Positions 25,341 through 34,560 of a stretch of DNA of 41,611 nucleotides are shown here, in pieces. Position numbers and translations under genes: made by a program. How positions within the stretch are numbered: the first letter of the stretch is position 1; the number at the start of each line of letters is the position of its first letter. Under the pieces are notes generated by a model, which worked only from the letters and a program-made list of their open reading frames with translations, was not told where the DNA came from and made no database searches. This stretch comes from a virus. Its lineage: Duplodnaviria > Caudoviricetes. The stretch is from positions 1 to 41,611 of the IMG/VR virus record IMGVR_UViG_3300022217_000089, one strand, 5' to 3'.

Positions 25341-26540
25341 TTAGCTAGTTACCCTGCACGCCAACTGCGGCCTTACTGCCTTCTGGCCCATATAGACGTC
25401 AACACGGGTGATATTGCTATCTTCCCTGATGTCCGATGCCTGCCATATCCTCATGGATATACCATCCATGACCTGCCTTGAAATCTGCTTTGCGTCGCTG
25501 TAAAGCTCCAGGTCGGCTGTAGCAAATGTGAAGGCGTCTCTGTGGAAGGCAAGGTTCTGTGCATATGACGTTGATGCGGCTCCCACAGGTGTAATGGCCG
25601 CATTGTCAGCAGGACTAGCGCTTACGGTCTGTCTAGCGCCTGATGTGATGATTTCAGGGCTAATAGAGAGCGTTGCGGCGCCAGCACTGGCTGTAGCATC
25701 GGCAGTTACAACGAACTGCTGTAGGAAGTCATACGCAACTTTGGTCTCGGGATGAACAGCGTACACACCGGCAAGAGTGAAGACTGTGCCTTGGGTAATC
25801 GTGTTTGTAGTACCCCATCCATCGGTGATAAGTGATGTGCCTGTCTGTGAAGCGCCGTTGACGAGCGGCGTACCGCCCATTGAACCGTTGGTATGAACGT
25901 GAATAAGCTCGTTCTGGAACCAGTCCATTCCGGCGACTCTACCGATGAGACCTTCAAGATACTGTTTGGATATCGCGGTGGAACTCTGGAAAAGTCCCTT
26001 GAGAGCGTCCACTGTGGCCGCCTCAGCCGCCGAGTTGATTGTCATATACCTGTTGCCGCGTGGAGCCAAGAACTGCTGTAGCTTGGCCTTTGCGTCAAGA
26101 TATACCCTCAACGTCGCCGGTGTGGTTCCAGGTGTGCCGACAAGATTGTAAACGTCCATTGTCATCTGGAAAGCTATGGATTCAATCTCGGAAGCAAGCC
26201 TCTGCATAGCAGGCTCGATATACTCCCTTGAGAAATCGTTGATATCCATAGCCATCTCTGCGGACGAGAACTCCATGTCGACACCTATCTGTGTAGCTAC
26301 AACCAGGTCGACCTTTGTGCTCGTCATATTCTGCGGAACAGCAACACGGCCATTCCTAATGACGAACTGATTGGGCTCTCTGATGCGAAGTGTAGAACCT
26401 ATCTTGGCGCCAGCCTTCGCAAACTGGTCGTCGTATTGACGGTTGATATTACCAATGAAGTTAAGCTGTTCATGGAGAACAACTAGCGCCTCAGAGGTTA
26501 TCATATCAATCGTCAACTGTGTGTTTGTTGGTAATGGCAT
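25341..26540 (-). CDS. major capsid protein, P22 coat (gp5) family
   Basis: NRQYDDQFAKAGAKIGSTLRIREP, YIEPAMQRLAS, NLAFHRDAFTFAT, RVDVYMG...RPQLACR. Confidence 0.93.
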   Translation of the reverse strand: MPLPTNTQLTIDMITSEALVVLHEQLNFIGNINRQYDDQFAKAGAKIGSTLRIREPNQFVIRNGRVAVPQNMTSTKVDLVVATQIGVDMEFSSAEMAMDINDFSREYIEPAMQRLASEIESIAFQMTMDVYNLVGTPGTTPATLRVYLDAKAKLQQFLAPRGNRYMTINSAAEAATVDALKGLFQSSTAISKQYLEGLIGRVAGMDWFQNELIHVHTNGSMGGTPLVNGASQTGTSLITDGWGTTNTITQGTVFTLAGVYAVHPETKVAYDFLQQFVVTADATASAGAATLSISPEIITSGARQTVSASPADNAAITPVGAASTSYAQNLAFHRDAFTFATADLELYSDAKQISRQVMDGISMRIWQASDIREDSNITRVDVYMGQKAVRPQLACRVTS

Positions 26541-26578
26541 GACTCTCCTTTATACACAGAGAACTTGCTATACGCCCT

Positions 26579-27481
26579 CTATGTGGCTCTTGCCGTAGCT
26601 CGCCTTGCCGCTCTTGGGTCGTCTTTCTTGTCGGTATTGCCCGCCCTATTAGCGGCTCTTTCTGCCACGCGCTTCGCGGAATACTCGGCGGCTGTCAATC
26701 CGCCATGATCTGTATCCGTTCCTCCGCCCGGAAGGTCTGCGGCGGGCTCGGCGGCATTGGTTATTGTTGTTTGGTTAGGCTCGTCGGTAGACGTATTGCT
26801 TGCGGGCTCTCCCGCAAATTTAGCCTCCAGCTTACCTAACTCTCTAGCCTGTTGAAGCGCTGAGAGACCTGAAATGCGCTTTGCTTCGGCAGGATTCTGG
26901 CCAAGATGATAGACGATATCATGCGCGTTTTCACACGCAAGCATCTGGTCTACCAGTGCATCAGAGCTATAAAGACCGGCGACATTAGATACCTCGCTAA
27001 AATCTTTATACTTCTCCCTTGCACCAGCTAGGCCGGTATTGTATTTGACATTGGCCTCCTCTTTCGCGGCGGCCTCTTTTGCAATACCAGCTTTCTCGGC
27101 ATCCTCCTTGTCAACTTGATCCTTTGCGTACCGCGCCGCCGCTTTATGATATTCGGCAGGATCGTCGAAATCATCATAGTCCGGGGCTCCGGTCTTGGCA
27201 ATAGGCTCGTCATGTTGCTCTACTGGCGCTTTGGCTCTGGCGGCCTCCTCTAACGCCCTGTTTCGTTCATTGGCGGTAGCAAGCGACTCCTCGGCCACAT
27301 TTGCACGGTCTCTCAACTTCTTGAACTCCAGCTTTACAGCAGGGTCGGTATTATCCTTTCCTGTTGCTGTCGCTTTATCCGTTATTACCCCCGAATCGTC
27401 GGGTACGTCTGCTGAGGCGGACGGATCCTCTATTACGTCCGTTATTACCCCTGAATCGTCAGGTGCGTCTGGTCTTGGCAT
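26579..27481 (-). CDS. scaffolding protein
   Basis: Between portal and coat; acidic, coiled-coil; PDYDDFDDPAEY, IVYHLGQNPAEAKRI, QARELGKLEAK. Confidence 0.85.
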   Translation of the reverse strand: MPRPDAPDDSGVITDVIEDPSASADVPDDSGVITDKATATGKDNTDPAVKLEFKKLRDRANVAEESLATANERNRALEEAARAKAPVEQHDEPIAKTGAPDYDDFDDPAEYHKAAARYAKDQVDKEDAEKAGIAKEAAAKEEANVKYNTGLAGAREKYKDFSEVSNVAGLYSSDALVDQMLACENAHDIVYHLGQNPAEAKRISGLSALQQARELGKLEAKFAGEPASNTSTDEPNQTTITNAAEPAADLPGGGTDTDHGGLTAAEYSAKRVAERAANRAGNTDKKDDPRAARRATARAT

Positions 27482-27515
27482 GGTGTCCTCCGTTATTACC
27501 CCGGCTTCTGGCCGG
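27378..27515 (-). repeat. three hairpin + GGGGTAATAACGGA units at the scaffold 5' end
   Basis: TCCGTTATTACCCC (+ strand) at 27378, 27438 and 27489, each next to a 5-bp stem-loop. Confidence 0.85.
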
Positions 27516-27536
27516 TACGCTTAGGGTTAAGTTTCT

Positions 27537-29558
27537 TTATGTCGCGGCCTCTTGGACGCCTCCTCCTTCAATCTCCTCCAAAGTATTGAATACTATCTCC
27601 CGTGTACGCGCGTCTTCGTCTTCCGCTTCCTGCGCGACTCGTGCGGCTTCGACTTGAACTTTTGCCATCTCGACTTCATTCTTGGCGGAGGCAACCTCAT
27701 TTTTTTCTGCTTCGACCTCAAGCTTCCTTGCCTCGTTCTGCTCTGCCGGCGACGGCTGTGGCGGTTCCGGCGGTGGCTCTCCGGGCTCCTGCGCTTTGAT
27801 TCCCGGCGGTAGTAATTTCTCCAACCTATCTGCCATCTCATTGGAGCCATTAAATCCAAGATGTCTCGGTATCATGTCGACCAGGACTGCTCTCTGCTGG
27901 TCATTCAATATCTGCATAAAGTCAATCATCTTGCGTGCGGTTTCTTCGCGCTGAGTGGTAAAGTTTGGCCCGACTTCAACGGCAACGTCATATTTGCCTA
28001 TCGACATATCATTGTCTGTCAGGATATTTTTTGAATCTGCCGGGTCAAAATATCTGCGGTTTAACTCGACCATCTCTATCGTCTTCTGGTCCTCTCCCAA
28101 TATCTTTACAACACGGTTTGTATCAAAGACATTGGGAATCATCTCAAGAATAATGGCGCCGACTTGCTGGATAGCATCATTGAGATTGTCGATAAATTCA
28201 AAAGTGCCGATATCACTTGAGCGCTCTCTGGCCTCAATCGCGGCCCCGGTGCGCTCGTTACTTTTTTGCCCAAGAGACGACTCAAAGAGCCCCGTAGTAT
28301 TTTTAATCTCCTCGCCCATTGTTCTGAATTGAACAAAAGCTCCATCAGGCAAGAAGGCCGGCGGCGTTCTCTGAGGAATAATACCCGGCGCCTGCGGGTC
28401 TACGTTGAAAGGCAGATAGGAATAATTGTATCGGTTTGCGGTAGCCCATATATCCTCATAGCCTTTAACGTGCGCTGGAGTAGCCATATAAGGTGTCTTG
28501 GGAGCATTTGTAAGAGACTCGGCAATGGTAGACATCCAAAAGTTTTTCATCCGTTGAGCGTCTTTTGCATGGCGAATAAGACCGGCGGTTATAGTATAGT
28601 CTCCAATCTCAAGCGTCTGGCCTGAAACCTTGACGACTGGTATCATCGAGGACATTATTTTGTGTGGTCCGCTTAAAACCTTATCGCCAGACATAATGTA
28701 GCTATAAACTTCGTAATATTTAGACTTACGGTTTTTAATAACTCGCAAGTCTTTTACCTGCTCGGCAAGCACAGGATCATTTTCAAGATCGTCGGCGTTT
28801 AAAATCATGCCGTTTTCAAGCTGGATGATATCTATCTCGCGCTCAAAGCGTTTATAATATTTCGCTACAAGGACTTCATTTACCATGAACCAGCGAGAAT
28901 AATACTCGCCATACTTTTGACGCGCCTGCGCGAAATCGGTTATCTGTTCACCTGGGTATTTTCTCTTAAACGCATCCCTCGTCATTCGCTTTTCGATAAA
29001 ACAATAATTCTGGTCGGCCAGAGTAATATCTTCGGCGTCGGGGTCTGGTATGACTGAGAAAGAGTTTTTAATTTTCCTGAATTTTATATCCTGCTCGAAA
29101 CTCTCTTTGCCGTTATACTCGGTGAAAACTTCCATATACCCGAAGCCATGCCCAACGGACTGCTTACCGACAGCTTTAAAAACGCGGTCCGACTTGGAGC
29201 CTCGACTAATGTTTCGCATAAGGCCATCTATGAGATGGGCTCCGCTCTTATCCGCGTATTGATCGACAGGTATTGATTTTAAAGCGGGGCTATTAAGCAA
29301 CATATCGCCCACCACGCGGTTTACGAATGTCTGGAGCCCATTGACAGTAAGCGTTGGAGCTCCACGCGACTTACGGCTTCGCAACTCTTTGTCGTCCCAT
29401 TGCCCGTCGCCGCCATGTAGAAATAGGATATCTTCATAGGCCATCTTGTGATTCCGATGGACAGCCTGTGCGCCTATCCGATGCTCGTCAATAGCCCGTA
29501 CGTGGATAGCATCCAAGTCGTCATATCTTATCGGTACGCCTTCCTCGATCTCAGCCAT
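27537..29558 (-). CDS. portal protein (P22 gp1-like)
   Basis: GDGQWD, PTLTVNGLQTFVNRVVG, GLIRHAKDAQRMKNFW, GKYDVAVEVGPNFTTQREE. Confidence 0.92.
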   Translation of the reverse strand: MAEIEEGVPIRYDDLDAIHVRAIDEHRIGAQAVHRNHKMAYEDILFLHGGDGQWDDKELRSRKSRGAPTLTVNGLQTFVNRVVGDMLLNSPALKSIPVDQYADKSGAHLIDGLMRNISRGSKSDRVFKAVGKQSVGHGFGYMEVFTEYNGKESFEQDIKFRKIKNSFSVIPDPDAEDITLADQNYCFIEKRMTRDAFKRKYPGEQITDFAQARQKYGEYYSRWFMVNEVLVAKYYKRFEREIDIIQLENGMILNADDLENDPVLAEQVKDLRVIKNRKSKYYEVYSYIMSGDKVLSGPHKIMSSMIPVVKVSGQTLEIGDYTITAGLIRHAKDAQRMKNFWMSTIAESLTNAPKTPYMATPAHVKGYEDIWATANRYNYSYLPFNVDPQAPGIIPQRTPPAFLPDGAFVQFRTMGEEIKNTTGLFESSLGQKSNERTGAAIEARERSSDIGTFEFIDNLNDAIQQVGAIILEMIPNVFDTNRVVKILGEDQKTIEMVELNRRYFDPADSKNILTDNDMSIGKYDVAVEVGPNFTTQREETARKMIDFMQILNDQQRAVLVDMIPRHLGFNGSNEMADRLEKLLPPGIKAQEPGEPPPEPPQPSPAEQNEARKLEVEAEKNEVASAKNEVEMAKVQVEAARVAQEAEDEDARTREIVFNTLEEIEGGGVQEAAT

Positions 29559-29561
29559 CTT

Positions 29562-30950
29562 TTACCCCATACACGATATTCTTGGCATTAAACTGCTTTT
29601 AGTAATTACTTTGCCGCTTGCCTCTTTGCGTCCTATGGCAAAATATCTAAAACCGTCTGCTCCATGAGACGCCCAATTATGAAGCGGCTTTTTCTTAAAG
29701 ACTTTGAGCTTATTATCCCACTCCTTACTGTACGATCTGAGGGCGTTAATTCCATGCTCACATTTTACTTCGTCAAAATAACATAGACTCAATGTTGCCC
29801 TAGCTGTCGCTATGCCGTCATGTAGTCCTAGTTTTGGTAGAGCCTCTATCGGAGATATGCCCAACCCCTCGGCAATGGCTTTCCTTGTCTTACCCTCGCC
29901 GGAGAGGTCTCTTGTATTAATATCATGGGGCATATAGTGTGTGCCGTAAGAGTATCCATGAGCAATCCTCTTATCATCGAGAATATTTTTATAGAACGTG
30001 AAACCTTCTCCACTGTTTTCGTAATAATCTATCATGTGGCAGGCGCGGCCTATGCGCTGGACGAACCAAATAGTCATGCTGTCGTCCATGCCCAAATCCC
30101 AATAAGTATCGACGCAAGTTGCGGCGTCATGTGGAACCTCACCTATGCGTCCGCTCTTGGCGGCCAAATCCATCTGCTTAGCATAATAGGCGCCTTCAAT
30201 GGAACCTTCAAAGGAGCAATAATACTCCTGCTGAATCATCTCCTCGCTCATGCCGGAGTCACGGTCCTCCTGAATAGCCTCTTGAGTAATAACCGGCGTG
30301 CCGTCAGGCCGCTTGGTATCTTCAACCGTAAGAAGCTCACAGAACCATTTTGGGTTTTTCTTGGCCATCTCATAGAGCTTATGGCCATGATTCTTTCCAC
30401 GCGGCGTATAATCGAAGATAGCCCAACCGCCATTCTCTGCAAGTATTGGCCTGAAATAATCCCATACGGCGGGGTCTTGAAGTGAAAACTCGGAAAAGAC
30501 CATGCCTACAGGGTTTGTACCCATGAGACTATCCCAATCATCCGTTCCGCAGATCTGAAAGGTAGAGCTCAAGGGCTTCTTTAATTCAACGAGCAAGTCC
30601 GTGTTATTCCGCCTTTTAACAAGAGGCTCAGGGAAATGGTCCATAAATGCAACCCCTTCACGGTCCTTGCCTTCCCAAAGTATCTTCTTGCCCTGGGCCT
30701 TTTCTGGGAAAAGATAGTAATAGAGGCCGACGCGCTTACACATCTCGCGCACCGTCACATTAAGGTACGTCTTCTCTTTGCCGGCCCGACGATGCCAGAC
30801 GGAAACTCCGCGCTTATATCCCTCCTCAAGCGCATAATATCCGTTCTCCTGATAACCACGCGGGACATAGTTGAATGGGACAGCAATATCTGTTCCCTCT
30901 CGAAGCGGAGTATTATCTACAGTCTCGTCAATTATGTCTGGTGATCCCAT
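29562..30950 (-). CDS. terL: terminase large subunit
   Basis: PRGYQ, Walker A WHRRAGKE, Walker B MVFSEF, TPRGKNH, QEYYCSF, nuclease WDLGMDD, SHGADGFRY. Start placed at ATG 30950. Confidence 0.93.
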   Translation of the reverse strand: MGSPDIIDETVDNTPLREGTDIAVPFNYVPRGYQENGYYALEEGYKRGVSVWHRRAGKEKTYLNVTVREMCKRVGLYYYLFPEKAQGKKILWEGKDREGVAFMDHFPEPLVKRRNNTDLLVELKKPLSSTFQICGTDDWDSLMGTNPVGMVFSEFSLQDPAVWDYFRPILAENGGWAIFDYTPRGKNHGHKLYEMAKKNPKWFCELLTVEDTKRPDGTPVITQEAIQEDRDSGMSEEMIQQEYYCSFEGSIEGAYYAKQMDLAAKSGRIGEVPHDAATCVDTYWDLGMDDSMTIWFVQRIGRACHMIDYYENSGEGFTFYKNILDDKRIAHGYSYGTHYMPHDINTRDLSGEGKTRKAIAEGLGISPIEALPKLGLHDGIATARATLSLCYFDEVKCEHGINALRSYSKEWDNKLKVFKKKPLHNWASHGADGFRYFAIGRKEASGKVITKSSLMPRISCMG

Positions 30951-30952
30951 AC

Positions 30953-31063
30953 CTAACCCTTTCTTGCTCTTCTTTCTTTGTGCATCTTCCAGACTTTCTG
31001 AACAAGAAGCACACAACCTATGGTTGCAACAACCGTTATCATGCCAGCAGAATAACTACACAT
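30953..31063 (-). CDS. 36-aa single-TM peptide (not in the ORF track)
   Basis: AGGAGGT SD; MCSYSAGMITVVATIGCVLLVQKVWKMHKERRARKG*; stops 2 nt before the terL ATG. Confidence 0.65.
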   Translation of the reverse strand: MCSYSAGMITVVATIGCVLLVQKVWKMHKERRARKG

Positions 31064-31079
31064 ACTACCTCCTGTATTA

Positions 31080-31442
31080 TTACCGTGAAAAATAATGCGG
31101 CTGTATTACCGCGCTTGTTGCTCCAGTACGAATAGCTTGGAAGGCATTTGCGTTTGCCTCGCCTTCGATAATTACAATATCTCCGATTTCACCCAATAGG
31201 CCAAGCGCACTTGTCGGCGCTGTGCCATCGAGCGTATATCTTATTTGTGCCGTTTCAACAACAAAGACAACCTTATCCGGCCTCTCGCCACTTGGCGGCT
31301 TCATGGTTGCCGCAGTGAAACCTATAGCTGTATCAGTAACAGTTATGCTTTCATGGGCATATCCTCTAAATACAGCCGCATTGCTGTGTTGTGCAATGCA
31401 CATAATTAAGACGACCAAAAATACTAAAATAATCTTACGCAT
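31080..31442 (-). CDS. secreted beta-rich protein with signal peptide
   Basis: MRKIILVFLVVLIMCIAQHSNA|AVF; VETAQIRYTLDGTAPT. Confidence 0.7.
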   Translation of the reverse strand: MRKIILVFLVVLIMCIAQHSNAAVFRGYAHESITVTDTAIGFTAATMKPPSGERPDKVVFVVETAQIRYTLDGTAPTSALGLLGEIGDIVIIEGEANANAFQAIRTGATSAVIQPHYFSR

Positions 31443-31455
31443 ATGCATTCTCCGT

Positions 31456-32331
31456 TTATTCAAAATGCCCTTGGAATTTTATTTCGAAAGTGACAAGTCC
31501 TGTGAGGTCGTCTTGAACAATAATTTCTAATTTTTCATTGTTAGCTTCCTCTATATTTAAAACCGCTCCTGATTCAAAAATTGTCCACCTGCCACTAACC
31601 CCCCAATTTCCGGCGCCGGCCTTACTCGAATATTCTACATTAAACATATCGAGCTTCATGTCACCATTTGTTCGCCATATAGCCAAGGTTTCATAAGAAG
31701 CCCCGTTGTTGATACTTTTTCTGAGAAGAACGCCGTTGGTTAAAGCTGGCTCTGCACCGAATTTACTGTCGTCTGGTTCCGTAGCATCGGTTATCTGTAT
31801 AAGTAATCTCATAATGTCAATATTTTCACCAACAGAAGGATTAACTTCAAAAATTACCGGAGTTGATGAACCATCGACTGCCATGTTGAGAATTACTTCC
31901 TGAACTGTAGAGCCATCAGTTAAAGCAAAATCGACACTTGCATCTATCGTTAAGGTGTTGGTGACGATAGCCGTTATCTTTCTGTACATATGGGTATGGA
32001 CTGCCCCAAGGTCGATGTTTATATAATCCCCAACCGAAAAACCAGTAGCGTCATTCAATATAAGAGTTTTAGAATTAGCCGCAACCGCACCGTTCAAGGT
32101 ATCAACGGCGGTATCATCTCTAGTGGCAGGGTGAAACCAGGGGGTTTGATGAAGATGCTCGTCGTGAACCGACAGAGCTATGTCTCCACTTTCCCCTGTT
32201 GGAGTATCGATAGGTATTCCATTGGCGTCTATAAGCGAGCCAGCGCCTTTGCTAACAGATACGACGGCATTGCCATGAGATGCCACGCTTAAGACCAGAG
32301 CGAATACTAAAATCCAGATAGATTTACGCAT
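31456..32331 (-). CDS. secreted beta-rich protein with signal peptide
   Basis: MRKSIWILVFALVLSVASHGNA|VV; NMAVDGSSTPVIF, ALTNGV, IIVQDDLTGL. Confidence 0.75.
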   Translation of the reverse strand: MRKSIWILVFALVLSVASHGNAVVSVSKGAGSLIDANGIPIDTPTGESGDIALSVHDEHLHQTPWFHPATRDDTAVDTLNGAVAANSKTLILNDATGFSVGDYINIDLGAVHTHMYRKITAIVTNTLTIDASVDFALTDGSTVQEVILNMAVDGSSTPVIFEVNPSVGENIDIMRLLIQITDATEPDDSKFGAEPALTNGVLLRKSINNGASYETLAIWRTNGDMKLDMFNVEYSSKAGAGNWGVSGRWTIFESGAVLNIEEANNEKLEIIVQDDLTGLVTFEIKFQGHFE

Positions 32332-32590
32332 TATATCCTCCAGCGAATCCGCTACGCTTTTTTAGACCCTTGCGCTTCATTCTGCGCGCCTCGGCCTTAA
32401 CTCTTTTCTTGATCTTGTGCTCTACTACCGTATAACACTCGTCTATGGTCAGCCATTGCTCCATCCAGCCCAAATCCTGCTTAATGGCAGAGAACGGCAA
32501 TTGCTGAACCTTCTCATGGACGCTATCGAGAGCCGCCCTTAGCTTCTTTTTGTGGCTCGGCCTTGCCGCTCTGCGCTGATCGTAGTTCAT
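32324..32590 (-). CDS. hypothetical basic protein
   Basis: ORF track; overlaps both neighbouring genes. Confidence 0.65.
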   Translation of the reverse strand: MNYDQRRAARPSHKKKLRAALDSVHEKVQQLPFSAIKQDLGWMEQWLTIDECYTVVEHKIKKRVKAEARRMKRKGLKKRSGFAGGYNA

Positions 32591-33417
32591 TAGGCGTCAC
32601 ACACGATCTTGCCGATGCAAGTCACCCTGTGATTGATAGGAGACTGCTCGATAACGCCTCTGTGCTCCTTGCCGCACCTTTGACACTTTATCGAAAAAAC
32701 GTCCCCGGGCTCAAAATCGTACTTAGCGGTCTCGCGCATCTTGCGGCCTTTGTACCAGCCGCCATCGGCCTTAACGCGGTCCAGAAGTATCTGGCTCCGC
32801 TCGTTTATCTCCTCGATATTCTGCGCGGCAACGACGTCTCCGAGTAAAATCTCATGCGGAGTCAAGGGCTCCACAAGAGATACCTTCACATTGGGCCAAT
32901 CTATCGGCTTCTCGACGTGCTTGGGCTCCACATAATCTGTCCCATCGGTTATCACGGTCCCTTGCGGACACATCGGGCAGGGCTCCATGCCCCTGTGATC
33001 ATGCGTAAGGCATACATAGCGCGGAGTCTGAGCGCTTGCTTGCCCAACAAAGACCGTCTCAGCAGGAATATGCTTGCCGTCCTTGAGAAACGCCTGCCCT
33101 GTGGCTCTAAGGTCGTTCATTGCGCCCTCATGGTCCTCCGGCGTCAAGGCCAGGGCGCCTATATCCCTTTCGTTCTTTACCAGGTTGGCGCCTTTGATAA
33201 CCTGGGGCTTATTATCCGCATTGGAAGGTATTGGCGGGGCAACTGCCGGCCCCGGGCCTCCCTTGACGCCGCCAAGATGAAGCACCTTAGTCGTTGTGTC
33301 CTCCTCGACGCCGCAGTGCGGACACGGCTTGTCGGCGTTCTTATAGTCATGTGTCAGACACCAGAAATTGCCATCGGTCTGTCTTATAGCCGGGTTTGTC
33401 ATTGCTTGCTTCTCCAT
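32590..33417 (-). CDS. hypothetical protein with repeated CxxH...CPxC zinc motifs
   Basis: CLTHDYKNADKPCPHC, CLTHDHRGMEPCPMC, C-terminal CQRC; AAGGGG SD. Confidence 0.7.
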   Translation of the reverse strand: MEKQAMTNPAIRQTDGNFWCLTHDYKNADKPCPHCGVEEDTTTKVLHLGGVKGGPGPAVAPPIPSNADNKPQVIKGANLVKNERDIGALALTPEDHEGAMNDLRATGQAFLKDGKHIPAETVFVGQASAQTPRYVCLTHDHRGMEPCPMCPQGTVITDGTDYVEPKHVEKPIDWPNVKVSLVEPLTPHEILLGDVVAAQNIEEINERSQILLDRVKADGGWYKGRKMRETAKYDFEPGDVFSIKCQRCGKEHRGVIEQSPINHRVTCIGKIVCDA

Positions 33418-33436
33418 AGTCCCTTACCCCCTCTTG

Positions 33437-33625
33437 TTAGTGCGCGTATCGCGCGAGCCGTATTACTCGATACTCAAACCAATACCATACCGGCGTAAGT
33501 TCATCTACCGGCGTCCAACAATCTTGACATATCTGCATATCATCAAACGCATCTATGACGTCTGACAGGGTTGGCCCATGCTCCCCGCACCGGCAACACT
33601 TATCGTCGGCTCTTACAGCGCTCAT
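33437..33625 (-). CDS. small zinc-finger protein
   Basis: CCRC...ICQDC; AAGGG SD. Confidence 0.55.
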   Translation of the reverse strand: MSAVRADDKCCRCGEHGPTLSDVIDAFDDMQICQDCWTPVDELTPVWYWFEYRVIRLARYAH

Positions 33626-33816
33626 CCCTTGCCCTATCCTTCCGGGGTTTATCCCCCTTGCGTTCCGAAAAAAAATTCTACCTCCTGGTTGGTTTTATAG
33701 CATGCAGTGCTATAGCATCCGCCCCAAGCCTAAGAGTTCTGAAAAATATAGTCAGGGGACGGTATATACACATCGTGGGGGTGGGCAATAAAAATGGCAC
33801 ATGGCCCCCGTCCCTT

Positions 33817-34404
33817 TTAAGTTGAGCGTGTCTCGGCGTCAAGCACTCGCTCTTTTGGCACGGCTCCGGCTACAATCTGCCTGCCTGCTGGCCTACAGGT
33901 ACAGCGTCCACAAGTACATCTTCCTCCGCCGATCAGCACATTGATTGTGCCGTTCTCAATATTGACATCGGGCGTGAAGGCTCCAACGTCAACGTGCTTT
34001 CCCATGATCTCAAGTGCCTTGACTGCGGTCTGTGCCTGAAACGTATAGAGCGGACGGCCTGACGTCTTGTCCTTAACGTGGATACCGTGAGCCATAACCG
34101 GCTCGACTTCTTGCAGACAACGCTCCACGATATGATGTGCTTTCTTCAAGACATAATCGGCGTCAATCTTAACACGACTGAAACGCTCCGCCGTAAGCTC
34201 CGAGAGTCGCGCCTGTACGTCAACACGAGTAAGCAGGCGGTGTCCTTCCTGTTTTGCACCCGATTTTGCGTAGTCTGCCCTTAAAGCCGCTTGTGTAGCG
34301 TTAAAGTCTTTTAGATATTCATTGCAGAATATCTCATGCCTGAGATTTTTTAGCGGAGTGTTTTTAGGGGGTGTTGATGGCAAGACCTCAGCGGCGTTAT
34401 CCAT
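33817..34404 (-). CDS. terS: terminase small subunit
   Basis: RHEIFCNEYLKDFNATQAALRADY...GHRLL...V, KALEIMGKHVDVGAF (Terminase_2 pattern). Start placed at ATG 34404. Confidence 0.92.
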   Translation of the reverse strand: MDNAAEVLPSTPPKNTPLKNLRHEIFCNEYLKDFNATQAALRADYAKSGAKQEGHRLLTRVDVQARLSELTAERFSRVKIDADYVLKKAHHIVERCLQEVEPVMAHGIHVKDKTSGRPLYTFQAQTAVKALEIMGKHVDVGAFTPDVNIENGTINVLIGGGRCTCGRCTCRPAGRQIVAGAVPKERVLDAETRST

Positions 34405-34410
34405 GACCCT

Positions 34411-34440
34411 AGAATAAGGGCTAGAGGTGTGGTTTGTCAA
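34411..34440 (-). promoter_or_regulatory. sigma70-type late promoter, predicted leaderless
   Basis: Minus strand TTGACA-18 nt-TATTCT, then 6 nt (AGGGTC), then the terS ATG. Confidence 0.6.
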
Positions 34441-34560
34441 GGATTAATTATAGGGCATGCGCTATAGGGGAGGTATTTCAATAACGATAATAGGCACATA
34501 ACTTTAAAAGGGCTGGGAATGGCGTAATTCTTTAAGTTTTACTTAACATGCTATAAGCCG

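Noticed and set aside
27378-27515. Mini CRISPR array
   Set aside because: The shared repeat is only 14 bp (about 26 bp for two copies), spacing is 60 and 51 bp, it lies in frame within a coding region, and no cas genes are present.
30951-31016. N-terminal extension of TerL from TTG 31016
   Set aside because: Overlaps a separate SD-led 36-aa ORF that stops just before ATG 30950, which is the more plausible start.
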